NCBI GenBank assembly: GCA_943328505.2
Contig: CALQAH020000006.1
Coordinates: 255-64,254 of the forward strand
Source: Rhizobium sp. Q54
GTDB lineage: Bacteria; Bacteroidota; Bacteroidia; Flavobacteriales; Flavobacteriaceae
Length of the DNA: 64,000 bases
Direction of reading: 5' to 3'
In this document: piece after piece, positions 48,514 to 58,326 of the stretch
How the letters are laid out: each line of letters begins with the position of its first letter
How positions within the stretch are numbered: the stretch's first letter is position 1
Position numbers and translations under genes: made by a program
The notes under the pieces: generated by a model
Database searches by the model: none
What the model was told of the DNA's origin: nothing
The model's input: the letters and a program-made list of their open reading frames with translations, nothing else

Positions 48514-48588
48514 CACCCACATTTGACCAACCTCTGGCGAAATCCGTGAATGTTGCTCCAATTTAAAACCATAATTAAAGAAATTATC

Positions 48589-48939
48589 ATGGCAGATTTA
48601 ATGAAATTCGTACAAGACGAATTAGTAACAAAAAAAGACTTTCCTGATTTCGGTGCTGGCGATACAATCACTGTGTACTATGAGATTAAAGAGGGAGAAA
48701 AAACTAGAACTCAGTTTTTTAAAGGAGTTGTAATTCAAAGAAAAGGTTCAGGAAACACTGAAACTTTTACAATTCGTAAAATGTCTGGTGCTGTTGGGGT
48801 TGAACGTATCTTCCCAGTAAACATGCCGGCTTTACAAAAAGTTGAATTGAACCAAAGAGGAAAAGTTCGTAGAGCTCGTATCTACTACTTCAGAGAACTT
48901 ACTGGTAAAAAAGCAAAAATTAAAGAAAGAAGAAGATAA
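48589..48939 (+). CDS. rplS: 50S ribosomal protein L19
   Basis: MADLMKFVQDEL start and FxxGDTITVYYEIKEGEKTRTQFFKGVVI. 116 aa from ATG 48589; the listed upstream ATG 48550 adds 13 non-family residues. Confidence 0.93.
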   Translation: MADLMKFVQDELVTKKDFPDFGAGDTITVYYEIKEGEKTRTQFFKGVVIQRKGSGNTETFTIRKMSGAVGVERIFPVNMPALQKVELNQRGKVRRARIYYFRELTGKKAKIKERRR

Positions 48940-48960
48940 TATTCTAATTTCAATTCATAA

Positions 48961-48991
48961 AAAAAGTCCTGATTTATTCAGGACTTTTTTT
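48961..48991 (+). terminator. Rho-independent terminator after rplS
   Basis: AGTCCTGA / TCAGGACT stem with a 5-nt loop, followed by TTTTTT. Confidence 0.85.
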
Positions 48992-49107
48992 ATCTTAAAA
49001 ATTAAAATTTATATTATCAAATTCTCATTTATAAAGGTTCAAATTATTGATTTCACAATTCAATCGATTTCGTCTCTTCATTTAAAAGAAAATTCTATCT
49101 TATTAAT

Positions 49108-49115
49108 TATATTTG
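49108..49115 (+). promoter_or_regulatory. -7 box TATATTTG upstream of icd
   Basis: Matches TAnnTTTG, 31 nt before the ATG. Confidence 0.5.
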
Positions 49116-49146
49116 CTATCGCATTTATAAAAAAACAAACAACAAT

Positions 49147-50370
49147 ATGGAAAAAATTAAAGTAGCAAATTCGGTTGTAGAAATAGACGGAGATGAAATG
49201 ACACGAATTATTTGGAGTTTTATTAAAGAACAATTAATACTTCCTTATTTAGATTTAGATATTAAATATTACGACTTAGGAATTGAAAGTCGTGAAGCTA
49301 CCAAAGATCAAATCACAATTGATTGTGCGGAAGCCATAAAAAAATACAATGTAGGCATCAAATGTGCTACTATAACACCCGATGAAGAAAGAGTAAAGGA
49401 ATTCAATCTTTCTAAAATGTGGAAATCTCCAAATGGAACCATAAGAAATATTGTAGGTGGAACCGTTTTTCGTGAACCCATAATCATGAAAAACGTACCA
49501 AGATATGTTCAAGGTTGGACAAAACCAATCGTTATTGGGCGTCATGCTTTTGGAGATCAATACAAAGCAACAGATACCGTTATAAAAGGAAAAGGAAAAT
49601 TAACCATGACATTTGTTCCTGAAAACGGCGCCACGCAAACATGGGAAGTATATGATTTTGAAGGCGATGGCGTTGCCATGGCAATGTACAATACCAACGA
49701 AAGTATTTATGGATTTGCTCATTCTTCTTTTCAAATGGCATTAACCAAAAAATGGCCTTTGTATCTTTCTACAAAAAACACCATACTAAAAGCTTATGAT
49801 GGTCGCTTTAAAGATATTTTTGAAGAAGTGTACCAACAATATTACAAAGCCGATTTTGATGCTAATGGCATGATTTACGAACACCGACTTATTGATGATA
49901 TGGTGGCATCATGTATGAAATGGAATGGTGGATTTGTTTGGGCATGTAAAAATTATGATGGCGATGTGCAATCAGATACTGTTGCTCAAGGATTTGGTTC
50001 ATTAGGTTTAATGACTTCTGTATTGGTAACTCCCGATGGCAAAACCGTTGAAGCCGAAGCGGCTCACGGAACAGTAACACGTCACTACAGAGAACACCAA
50101 AAAGGAAGAGCGACTTCTACCAACCCAATTGCTTCCATTTTTGCGTGGACAAGAGGCTTAGAACACCGAGGAAAACTGGACGGAAATCAAGCCTTAATTG
50201 ATTTTTGTTTGAAATTAGAACAAGTGTGTGTGGAAACTGTTGAAAGCGGAAAAATGACAAAAGATTTGGCGATGTTGGTAAAACCAGAAGGTTTAACTCC
50301 AGGGGATTATTTAACTACCGAAGGCTTTTTGGCAGCTATTAAAGAAAATTTAGATATTAAATTAGGTTAA
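49147..50370 (+). CDS. icd: NADP-dependent isocitrate dehydrogenase (homodimeric, eukaryote-like subfamily)
   Basis: 407 aa. [19 protein letters not shown] and NYDGDVQSD motifs. Confidence 0.93.
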   Translation: MEKIKVANSVVEIDGDEMTRIIWSFIKEQLILPYLDLDIKYYDLGIESREATKDQITIDCAEAIKKYNVGIKCATITPDEERVKEFNLSKMWKSPNGTIRNIVGGTVFREPIIMKNVPRYVQGWTKPIVIGRHAFGDQYKATDTVIKGKGKLTMTFVPENGATQTWEVYDFEGDGVAMAMYNTNESIYGFAHSSFQMALTKKWPLYLSTKNTILKAYDGRFKDIFEEVYQQYYKADFDANGMIYEHRLIDDMVASCMKWNGGFVWACKNYDGDVQSDTVAQGFGSLGLMTSVLVTPDGKTVEAEAAHGTVTRHYREHQKGRATSTNPIASIFAWTRGLEHRGKLDGNQALIDFCLKLEQVCVETVESGKMTKDLAMLVKPEGLTPGDYLTTEGFLAAIKENLDIKLG

Positions 50371-50390
50371 TTTAAAACGACTTAAAATAA

Positions 50391-50423
50391 AAAAAAGACG
50401 ATTGCTACCAATCGTCTTTTTTT
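50391..50423. terminator. Bidirectional rho-independent terminator (icd / secreted hypothetical)
   Basis: AAGACGATTG / CAATCGTCTT stem with a 4-nt loop and flanking A and T runs. Confidence 0.85.
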
Positions 50424-51099
50424 ATTCTTTTTCTGTAAGACCTTTAATTTTTCTAATTTTAACGATGGCTTTATAACCCGCATTTAAATTCCATTGCTGA
50501 TTGGTGACTAACTTTTCATTTGCATCATAAAAAACAAACTGACCCGTATTGGGAAATAACATTCCTGTATTTAATGCTTCAATATGTATTTCATTGGACC
50601 CTTCATTTAATTCAAAAACATAGCTTTTAAAGCCTGATTCTAAATTAATTACAGGAACAATCAATTGTCCATTTAAATTTATACTCACTACGTCTCCATC
50701 AATTGCACCATAATCTCTGCAGGTAATCTTTAATTTTACTGTGGTTACAATAAATTCACCAAGGAAAGAATCACTATTGTCAACTATACTTGAAAGTCCT
50801 TCTGTTTTTATCTTTTTATTTTCTTTCTCAACAATTTTATCGCCAGGATTAATAAACTCCGTTTGAGTATCCATAATACTTTTTTCTGGTGCTGCTTTCT
50901 TAGTAATTAGAGAAAAATTTTCTAATAGTTTATCTTTCTTATCAAAAATACTTGGATATTTAAAAGAGGATGTAGGAGTTACTATTCCAGTAGAATTTGA
51001 AATTGGAGCAATTAAAATCGACTTCTTAGGTAATTCAAATTGTGAAAAACCTTTTAAAGCAATAAACAAGAATAAAGTAACAAAACAATTTCCTTTCAA
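50422..51099 (-). CDS. Secreted hypothetical protein
   Basis: Signal peptide ending GFSQ and a beta-rich C-terminal half. No family recognised. Divergent from the TonB-dependent receptor gene. Confidence 0.5.
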   Translation of the reverse strand: MKGNCFVTLFLFIALKGFSQFELPKKSILIAPISNSTGIVTPTSSFKYPSIFDKKDKLLENFSLITKKAAPEKSIMDTQTEFINPGDKIVEKENKKIKTEGLSSIVDNSDSFLGEFIVTTVKLKITCRDYGAIDGDVVSINLNGQLIVPVINLESGFKSYVFELNEGSNEIHIEALNTGMLFPNTGQFVFYDANEKLVTNQQWNLNAGYKAIVKIRKIKGLTEKE

Positions 51100-51239
51100 A
51101 ACATTTAGTTTATAACGATGTAAAAGTATTTAAATTCCTTTCATAAAGTCTTTATAATTAACCAAAACTTAACAAATCTTTAGTAACAATATGAAACTAA
51201 AATCATCAAATTCGCAGTTAAATATATTATATACATTCA

Positions 51240-53606
51240 ATGCCAAAAAAAATAATCCTAACACTATTGTTAATCACTTCTTTACTATCTTTTTCGCAAG
51301 AAAAATTTACAATTAGCGGAACCATTTCAGATGAAAAAAACAACGAAACACTTATTGGTGTTAACTTGTATATACCTGAAATTAAAGCTGGAATTACAAC
51401 CAACGAATATGGTTTTTATTCTATTAGTATTCCTAAAGGAAATTATACCCTGCAAATTACTTATTTGGGTTATGAAACGGTTGAAGAAACTATTTCTTTA
51501 GAAAAAACTATTAAAAGAAACTTTGAATTAAATGAAACTGGAGAGCAACTTGATGAAGTAATTATCAGCGAAAAAACTTCAACCAACACTCGAAGACCTG
51601 AAATGAGTGTCAACAAATTATCCATTGGAACAATAAAAAAAATTCCCGTTGTACTTGGTGAAGTTGATGTTTTAAAAGCACTACTAACTTTACCCGGAGT
51701 TACAAATGCAGGAGAAGGTCAATCTGGATTTAACGTTCGAGGTGGTGGCGCTGATCAAAATTTGATTTTATTAGATGAAGCAACCATTTTTAATTCGTCA
51801 CATGTTTTTGGGTTTTTCTCAGTTTTTAATCCCGACGCCATCAAAGATTTAAAATTATACAAAGGAGGTATTCCATCTCGTTATGGAGGAAGAGTATCAT
51901 CCGTTTTAGAAATTTACCAAAAAGATGGTAACAGTAACAACTTCAGCATAAATGGAGGCATTGGATTAGTTTCTAGTCGATTATTGGCGGAAGGTCCAAT
52001 TGTAAAAGACAAAGGCTCATTCCTTTTTGCTGGAAGAGGTTCGTATGCTCATTTATTTTTAAAACTAGCTAACAATCCCAATTCAGCTTATTTTTATGAT
52101 TTAAACACTAAGTTAAATTATAAATTAAATACAAATAATAATTTATTCCTTTCAGGTTATTTTGGTAGAGATGTATTTAGCTTGAATAATAGTTTTAAAA
52201 ATACTTATGGAAATGCTACCTTAAATTTGCGTTGGAATCATTTGTTTTCGGATAAATTGTTTTCAAATTTATCCATGATATATAGTGATTACTATTATGG
52301 TTTGGATTTAGACTTAATTGGATTTACTTGGGAATCTGGAATAAAAAATTACAATATTAAATACGATTTTAAAAATTATATCACTGACAAAGTGAAACTT
52401 AATTATGGTATTAACGGTATTTATTATGATTTCAATCCAGGAACCATTAATCCATCAAATACAACTTCTGGAATCAACTACAGGCAATTAGAAAAAAAAT
52501 ATGCTTTTGAGCCTTCTATATATATTGATGCTGAACAAAAAGTATCAAAAAGCTTATCATTGTCCTATGGGTTGCGATATAGTATGTTTTATCGTTTAGG
52601 AAGCTCCACTGTTAATTTATACGAAAACAATGAGCCCGTAATTTTTAATCAAGAATTACAGATTTATGAAAAAGCAACACCAATAGATACTAAATATTTT
52701 GGTCGCAATAAGGTTATCGAAAGTTTTAATAATCTTGAGCCTCGTATGGCTGCAGCGTATCAGCTAGACGAAAATCAATCTATTAAAGCGAGCTACAATC
52801 GGATGACGCAATATTTACAACTGATTTCCAATACCGCATCCCCAACTCCACTTGATATTTGGACGCCAAGTGATAGTTACATAAAACCACAAATACTTGA
52901 TCAAGTAGCATTGGGTTATTTTAAGAATTTTTATGATGATAAGTATTCTTTAGAAATTGAGACTTTCTATAAAAAGATAAAAAACAGGATTGATTATATA
53001 GATGGTGCCGATTTGATTGCGAATGAAGCTATCGAACAAATAATTTTAAACGGTGAAATGAGAGCCTACGGTTTAGAGGTTTTATTACGAAAAAATACAG
53101 GAAAATTATCAGGTTGGATTGCCTATACGTTATCAAGATCAGAGCAAAGAACACCAGGCAGAAATACTACGGAAACAGGAATAAATAATGGACAATGGTA
53201 CCGTTCAGGTTATGATAAATTACATAATTTATCCATTACCAGTTCATACGAATTCAATAAAGAATGGACTTTCGGCGCCAATTTTGTATTGCAAACTGGG
53301 CAACCTGTTACGTTTCCGAATGGTCAATATGTTTACCAAGGTATTACTATTCCCAGTTATGGTTTACGAAATGAAGACAAACTACCAACCTATCATCATT
53401 TAGACATTTCGGCGACTTATGTTCCTAAATCAGTTAAGAAAAAGACCTGGCAAGGCGAATGGGTATTTAGTATTTATAATCTTTATGGAAGAAAAAATGC
53501 CGCATCAATTTCGTTTAGACAAAACGAAACTACCGGATCAAATGAAGCTATTCGTTTATCCATTTTTGGAATAGTTCCAGGAATTAGTTATAACTTCAAA
53601 TTTTAA
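51240..53606 (+). CDS. TonB-dependent receptor with N-terminal carboxypeptidase-regulatory-like domain
   Basis: Signal peptide, a FTISGTISDEKNNETLIGVNLYI CarbopepD_reg-like domain, a plug region and a C-terminal aromatic residue (YNFKF). Confidence 0.85.
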   Translation: MPKKIILTLLLITSLLSFSQEKFTISGTISDEKNNETLIGVNLYIPEIKAGITTNEYGFYSISIPKGNYTLQITYLGYETVEETISLEKTIKRNFELNETGEQLDEVIISEKTSTNTRRPEMSVNKLSIGTIKKIPVVLGEVDVLKALLTLPGVTNAGEGQSGFNVRGGGADQNLILLDEATIFNSSHVFGFFSVFNPDAIKDLKLYKGGIPSRYGGRVSSVLEIYQKDGNSNNFSINGGIGLVSSRLLAEGPIVKDKGSFLFAGRGSYAHLFLKLANNPNSAYFYDLNTKLNYKLNTNNNLFLSGYFGRDVFSLNNSFKNTYGNATLNLRWNHLFSDKLFSNLSMIYSDYYYGLDLDLIGFTWESGIKNYNIKYDFKNYITDKVKLNYGINGIYYDFNPGTINPSNTTSGINYRQLEKKYAFEPSIYIDAEQKVSKSLSLSYGLRYSMFYRLGSSTVNLYENNEPVIFNQELQIYEKATPIDTKYFGRNKVIESFNNLEPRMAAAYQLDENQSIKASYNRMTQYLQLISNTASPTPLDIWTPSDSYIKPQILDQVALGYFKNFYDDKYSLEIETFYKKIKNRIDYIDGADLIANEAIEQIILNGEMRAYGLEVLLRKNTGKLSGWIAYTLSRSEQRTPGRNTTETGINNGQWYRSGYDKLHNLSITSSYEFNKEWTFGANFVLQTGQPVTFPNGQYVYQGITIPSYGLRNEDKLPTYHHLDISATYVPKSVKKKTWQGEWVFSIYNLYGRKNAASISFRQNETTGSNEAIRLSIFGIVPGISYNFKF

Positions 53607-53611
53607 TTGTT

Positions 53612-54433
53612 ATGAAAATATATAAATTTACCCTAGTTTTTCTTTTTACAATTTTACTTTCAGGTTGTGAAGACGTTATCAATGTTGATTTAAATACCGC
53701 GGCGCCAAAACTTGTTATTGATGCTTCTATTCAATGGAGAAAAGGAACATTAGGCAACGAACAAAAAGTAAAATTAACCACCACGACTGGTTTTTACGAC
53801 ACTGTTATCCCAACTGTTTCAGGAGCTGTCGTATTTATAACAAACAGCGATAACACTACTTTTTCATTCATCGAAACACCTAACACTGGTGAATATTTTT
53901 GCACTGATTTTATTCCAGAAATTAACGAAACTTATGTTCTAACAGTAGTTTTGAATGGGCAAACCTATCACGCGACTGAAACTTTAAAAAGTGTTTCTGA
54001 ACTAACAACAATTACACAAAATGATGAAGGTGGTTTTACGGGAACAGAAATTGAAATAAAATCCTTTTTTAATGATCCTGGCGATGCTGATAATTATTAT
54101 TTGTTCCAATTTAAATCGAGTCATGCAGCTATACCTGTATTTGATGTTTTTGAAGATAAATTCATTCAAGGCAATGAAAGTTTTGGTTTGTATATCAATG
54201 AAGACATTGCATCTGGTGATAATTTAGACATTACAGTTTATGGAATATCTAAACGCTATTTCGATTATATGCGTAAAATTATAACTGTAGCTGGTGGAAG
54301 CAGTGGCGGTCCTTTCTCAACACCACCAGCAACAGTTCGAGGAAATATTATCAATTCAACCAATAGCAATAATTTTGCTTTAGGTTATTTTAATTTATCC
54401 GAAACTGATTTTAGAAATTATGTAATACAATAG
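53612..54433 (+). CDS. DUF4249 family lipoprotein
   Basis: Lipobox LLSGC and a VINVDLNTAAPKLVIDA start, typical of the DUF4249 partner found downstream of this receptor class. Confidence 0.65.
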   Translation: MKIYKFTLVFLFTILLSGCEDVINVDLNTAAPKLVIDASIQWRKGTLGNEQKVKLTTTTGFYDTVIPTVSGAVVFITNSDNTTFSFIETPNTGEYFCTDFIPEINETYVLTVVLNGQTYHATETLKSVSELTTITQNDEGGFTGTEIEIKSFFNDPGDADNYYLFQFKSSHAAIPVFDVFEDKFIQGNESFGLYINEDIASGDNLDITVYGISKRYFDYMRKIITVAGGSSGGPFSTPPATVRGNIINSTNSNNFALGYFNLSETDFRNYVIQ

Positions 54434-54442
54434 GTTTGAAAA

Positions 54443-54495
54443 TTCAGATTTCACTATATTTACAAACACATTGTTCAGAAATCTGAAATCTGAAA
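54443..54495. repeat. Inverted repeat plus three tandem heptamers (TCAGAAA TCTGAAA TCTGAAA)
   Basis: TTCAGATTTC (54443-54452) is the exact reverse complement of GAAATCTGAA, found at 54478-54487 and again at 54485-54494. Confidence 0.7.
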
Positions 54496-54506
54496 TTTAA
54501 CATCAC

Positions 54507-55169
54507 ATGTCTTCACATCATATTGTTCGCGACGATCAAGAACCAGCTTTAATAATTGCTAATGGTGCCGAATGCAGTATGGAATTATTAGGTCAATTAT
54601 TAGAATGGTCACCCATTGTGATTGTTCTTGATTCAGCTATGAACAGAATATTAGATTTAAATATTAAAGTCGATGTTTTATTAGGCGATTTCGATAGAGG
54701 TTTCGACCCAGAATATTACAAAGAAAAACAATATCCCCTTGAAATTGTTCACACACCCAACCAAGATAAAACCGATTTAGAAAAAGCATTTGAATACCTT
54801 ATAGAAAGAAACATTCCTGCGGTTAATGTTGTGTGGGCAACCGGAAAAAGAGCCGATCATACAATAACAAATATCACCTCAATTGTTCAATATAGAAACC
54901 AATTAAAAATTGTAGTACTGGACGATTATTCGAAAATATTTTTATTGCCAAAACGATTTGAAAAGTGGTACACCGCAAACACTTTACTATCGCTAATTCC
55001 AATTGGAAATGTTTCAGGAATACACTCTGAAAATTTGTTTTACCCACTTAATAACGATACCTTAACCATCGGTTATAGAACCGGGAGCAGTAATCACGTT
55101 TTAAAAGATGGCATTGTAATTATTGAACACAACGAAGGCGATTTACTGCTCATGGAATGCATAGATTAA
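54507..55169 (+). CDS. Thiamine diphosphokinase
   Basis: LLGDFD motif, DKTDLEKA and a C-terminal thiamine-binding-like region, 220 aa. Confidence 0.65.
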   Translation: MSSHHIVRDDQEPALIIANGAECSMELLGQLLEWSPIVIVLDSAMNRILDLNIKVDVLLGDFDRGFDPEYYKEKQYPLEIVHTPNQDKTDLEKAFEYLIERNIPAVNVVWATGKRADHTITNITSIVQYRNQLKIVVLDDYSKIFLLPKRFEKWYTANTLLSLIPIGNVSGIHSENLFYPLNNDTLTIGYRTGSSNHVLKDGIVIIEHNEGDLLLMECID

Positions 55170-55184
55170 ACCAAAAAAGACAAT

Positions 55185-56129
55185 TTGAAACCCAAAAATA
55201 CAACCGAAAAAACCACACTGCATCCTAGAAATCCACATCGATTTCGCTATGATTTTGAACAACTATTTGTAAGTTGTCCCGAATTAAAACCATTTGTAGC
55301 ACGGAACGAACATGGAATAGAAACTATTGATTTTAGTGATCCAGAAGCTGTGAAAATGCTCAACAAAGCATTGTTAATTGCAAATTATGAGATACAAAAT
55401 TGGGATATCCCGAAAAATTATCTTTGCCCACCAATTCCAGGAAGAGCCGATTACATTCATTATTTAGCCGATTTATTAGCCAATTCTAATAATGAAATCA
55501 TCCCTGAAGGAGAAACGGTAGTTGGTTTAGATATTGGTATTGGAGCAAATTGTATCTATCCCATAATTGGAAATTCCACATATGGATGGAGCTTTGTGGG
55601 AACCGATATTGATGAAAATGCTATTCAAAACTGCAAAAAAATCATTAGTGAAAATCCAAAATTAATGGATGCAATTTGTTTGCAATTACAAACCAATTCA
55701 AGATTTATTTTCAAAAATATAATTTTAACAGAAGACAGATTTACCTTCATCATTTGCAATCCTCCTTTTCACGCATCACAAGATGAGGCAACTAAAAGCG
55801 CCTTGCGAAAAGTAAATACTTTAGAAAATACAAAAGCTATAAAGCCTATTTTAAATTTTGGGGGACAAACTACTGAATTATGGTGCGACGGTGGCGAATT
55901 GGGTTTTATTACACAAATGATTTTTGAAAGTGCAAAATATCCATTACAGTGTTTTTGGTTTACTACTTTAGTTTCAAAAAAAGACAATCTTTCTAGCATT
56001 TATAAAACCCTAAACAAAGTAAGTCCTGTTCAAATTAAAACCATCGAAATGGCACAAGGTCAAAAGACGAGCCGATTTGTAGCATGGACATTCTTAAGCG
56101 AAAGCCAACAGAAAAACTGGAAGTTTTAG
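55185..56129 (+). CDS. rlmF: 23S rRNA (adenine1618-N6)-methyltransferase RlmF
   Basis: LHPRNPHRFRYDF start region and NPPFH catalytic motif. TTG start; no in-frame ATG nearby. Confidence 0.8.
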   Translation: MKPKNTTEKTTLHPRNPHRFRYDFEQLFVSCPELKPFVARNEHGIETIDFSDPEAVKMLNKALLIANYEIQNWDIPKNYLCPPIPGRADYIHYLADLLANSNNEIIPEGETVVGLDIGIGANCIYPIIGNSTYGWSFVGTDIDENAIQNCKKIISENPKLMDAICLQLQTNSRFIFKNIILTEDRFTFIICNPPFHASQDEATKSALRKVNTLENTKAIKPILNFGGQTTELWCDGGELGFITQMIFESAKYPLQCFWFTTLVSKKDNLSSIYKTLNKVSPVQIKTIEMAQGQKTSRFVAWTFLSESQQKNWKF

Positions 56130-56217
56130 TTTTAAAATTCTATAATAAATATAAAGTTCAAACTTTGTAACTTTACACTAAATAATTTAAAGATCGCTTC
56201 GTGCCTCGCAAAATCAC

Positions 56218-58206
56218 ATGAAATTCCAAGTCGTTTCCGAATATAAACCAACTGGTGATCAACCACAAGCGATTGAAAAATTAGCGAAAGGAATTCTCGA
56301 TGGAGATCGATTTCAGACATTATTGGGCGTAACGGGTTCAGGTAAAACATTTACGGTTGCCAATGTCATAGAAGAAGTTCAAAAACCTACTTTGGTTCTG
56401 GCTCACAACAAAACATTGGCAGCACAATTGTATTCGGAATTCAAGCAATTTTTTCCAAACAATTCTGTACAATATTTCGTATCCTACTATGATTATTACC
56501 AGCCAGAAGCCTATATTCCTGTAACGGGCGTTTTTATTGAAAAAGATTTATCTATTAACGAAGAACTTGAAAAACTTAGATTAAGCACAACTTCTGCATT
56601 ACTTTCCGGACGACGCGATGTATTAGTTGTGGCGTCCGTTTCATGTTTGTATGGAATTGGAAATCCAGTAGAATTTCAAAAAAATGTAGTCTCGGTGGCT
56701 AAAAATCAAATTATTTCTCGAACCAAATTACTGCACCGTTTGGTACAAAGTTTATATTCCAGAACCGAAGCCGAATTCACTCCTGGAACTTTCAGAATTA
56801 AAGGCGATACGGTTGAAATTTTTCCAAGTTATGCTGACGAACCTTTTAGAATTCACTTTTTTGGTGATGAAATTGAAGAAATAGAAGCATTTGATGCCAG
56901 GAATTCTCAGGTTATAGAAAAATACGAACAACTCAATATTTATCCTGCTAATATGTTTGTGACTTCTCCCGATGTTTTACAAAAAGCCATTTGGGAGATT
57001 CAACAAGATATGGTAAAACAAGTGGCTTATTTTAAAGAAATTGGAAAACATTTGGAAGCCAAAAGATTGGAAGAACGCACCAATTTTGATTTGGAAATGA
57101 TTCGAGAATTAGGCTATTGTTCGGGTATTGAAAATTATTCACGTTACCTTGATGGTCGCGAGCCTGGAACAAGACCATTTTGTTTATTGGATTATTTCCC
57201 CGATGATTTTTTAATGGTTGTAGACGAAAGTCATGTTACAATTTCGCAAGTACACGCTATGTATGGCGGCGATAGAAGCAGAAAAGAAAATTTAGTAGAA
57301 TACGGATTTCGATTACCCGCTGCGATGGACAATCGTCCGTTGAAATTTGAAGAATTTGAAAACATGCAAAACCAAGTGATTTATGTTTCGGCAACACCCG
57401 CTGATTATGAATTGCAAAAATCAGAAGGAATTTATGTAGAACAAGTGATACGCCCAACAGGATTATTGGATCCCGTTATTGAAGTGCGACCAAGTTTGAA
57501 TCAAATTGACGATTTAATTGAAGAAATTCAATTGCGTTGCGAAGTAGACGAACGCGTTTTGGTTACTACTTTAACCAAACGAATGGCAGAAGAATTGACA
57601 AAATATCTTGCTAAAGTCTCCATTCGTTGTCGTTATATTCACAGTGATGTTGATACTTTAGAGCGTGTCGAAATCATGCAAGATTTGCGAAAAGGGTTGT
57701 TTGATGTTTTGATTGGCGTGAACTTATTGCGAGAAGGATTGGATTTACCCGAAGTTTCGTTAGTTGCCATTTTAGATGCAGATAAAGAAGGTTTTTTACG
57801 AAGTCATCGTTCGTTAACGCAAACCGTTGGTCGTGCTGCACGAAATGTAAACGGAAAAGCTATTTTGTATGCCGATAAAATTACCAACAGCATGCAAAAA
57901 ACGATGGATGAAACCACCTATCGTCGTGAAAAGCAAATTGCATACAATACATTACATGGATTAGCTCCAAAAGCGTTGAATAAAAGTTTGGGGAATGCTT
58001 TAAGCAACAATTCAGTTTCAACACAATACTACGAAAATCAAGTTTTAAAAGCTGCCGAACCGGAAAGTTTGTACTTGTCTAAACCAGAAATCGAAAAGAA
58101 AATCCGTGATGCCCGAAAAGCTATGGAAAAAGCAGCAAAAGACTTAGACTTTATGCAGGCCGCCAAACTACGTGATGAAATTAAAGTATTACAAGAAAGA
58201 ATTTAA
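56218..58206 (+). CDS. uvrB: Excinuclease ABC subunit B
   Basis: EYKPTGDQPQAI, GVTGSGKT, DESH and a C-terminal UVR domain (FMQAAKLRDEIKVLQ). Confidence 0.97.
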   Translation: MKFQVVSEYKPTGDQPQAIEKLAKGILDGDRFQTLLGVTGSGKTFTVANVIEEVQKPTLVLAHNKTLAAQLYSEFKQFFPNNSVQYFVSYYDYYQPEAYIPVTGVFIEKDLSINEELEKLRLSTTSALLSGRRDVLVVASVSCLYGIGNPVEFQKNVVSVAKNQIISRTKLLHRLVQSLYSRTEAEFTPGTFRIKGDTVEIFPSYADEPFRIHFFGDEIEEIEAFDARNSQVIEKYEQLNIYPANMFVTSPDVLQKAIWEIQQDMVKQVAYFKEIGKHLEAKRLEERTNFDLEMIRELGYCSGIENYSRYLDGREPGTRPFCLLDYFPDDFLMVVDESHVTISQVHAMYGGDRSRKENLVEYGFRLPAAMDNRPLKFEEFENMQNQVIYVSATPADYELQKSEGIYVEQVIRPTGLLDPVIEVRPSLNQIDDLIEEIQLRCEVDERVLVTTLTKRMAEELTKYLAKVSIRCRYIHSDVDTLERVEIMQDLRKGLFDVLIGVNLLREGLDLPEVSLVAILDADKEGFLRSHRSLTQTVGRAARNVNGKAILYADKITNSMQKTMDETTYRREKQIAYNTLHGLAPKALNKSLGNALSNNSVSTQYYENQVLKAAEPESLYLSKPEIEKKIRDARKAMEKAAKDLDFMQAAKLRDEIKVLQERI

Positions 58207-58268
58207 GGTCTATTATATGATTCAATATAAAAGAATCTAGCTATTTAATAGTTTAAACTTTAATTTGT

Positions 58269-58276
58269 TAACTTTG
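58269..58276 (+). promoter_or_regulatory. -7 box TAACTTTG upstream of the T9SS repeat protein gene
   Basis: Matches TAnnTTTG, 50 nt before the ATG. Confidence 0.4.
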
Positions 58277-58326
58277 AAAGATAATTAGTTTACAAAATCT
58301 TTCACATCATTATAGAAGAGCAACTT

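Noticed and set aside
54434-54506. Possible TPP riboswitch before the thiamine diphosphokinase gene
   Set aside because: The 73-nt spacer is too short and lacks the CUGAGA and ACCUGAUCUGGAU-like core elements. Only a simple inverted repeat is present.
56166-56177. Palindrome TGTAA-ct-TTACA upstream of uvrB as a candidate SOS/LexA operator
   Set aside because: The arms are only 5 bp in AT-rich DNA, so it is expected often by chance. I cannot reliably recall the Bacteroidota LexA motif to compare. It would need a genome-wide motif search upstream of recA, lexA and uvrA.
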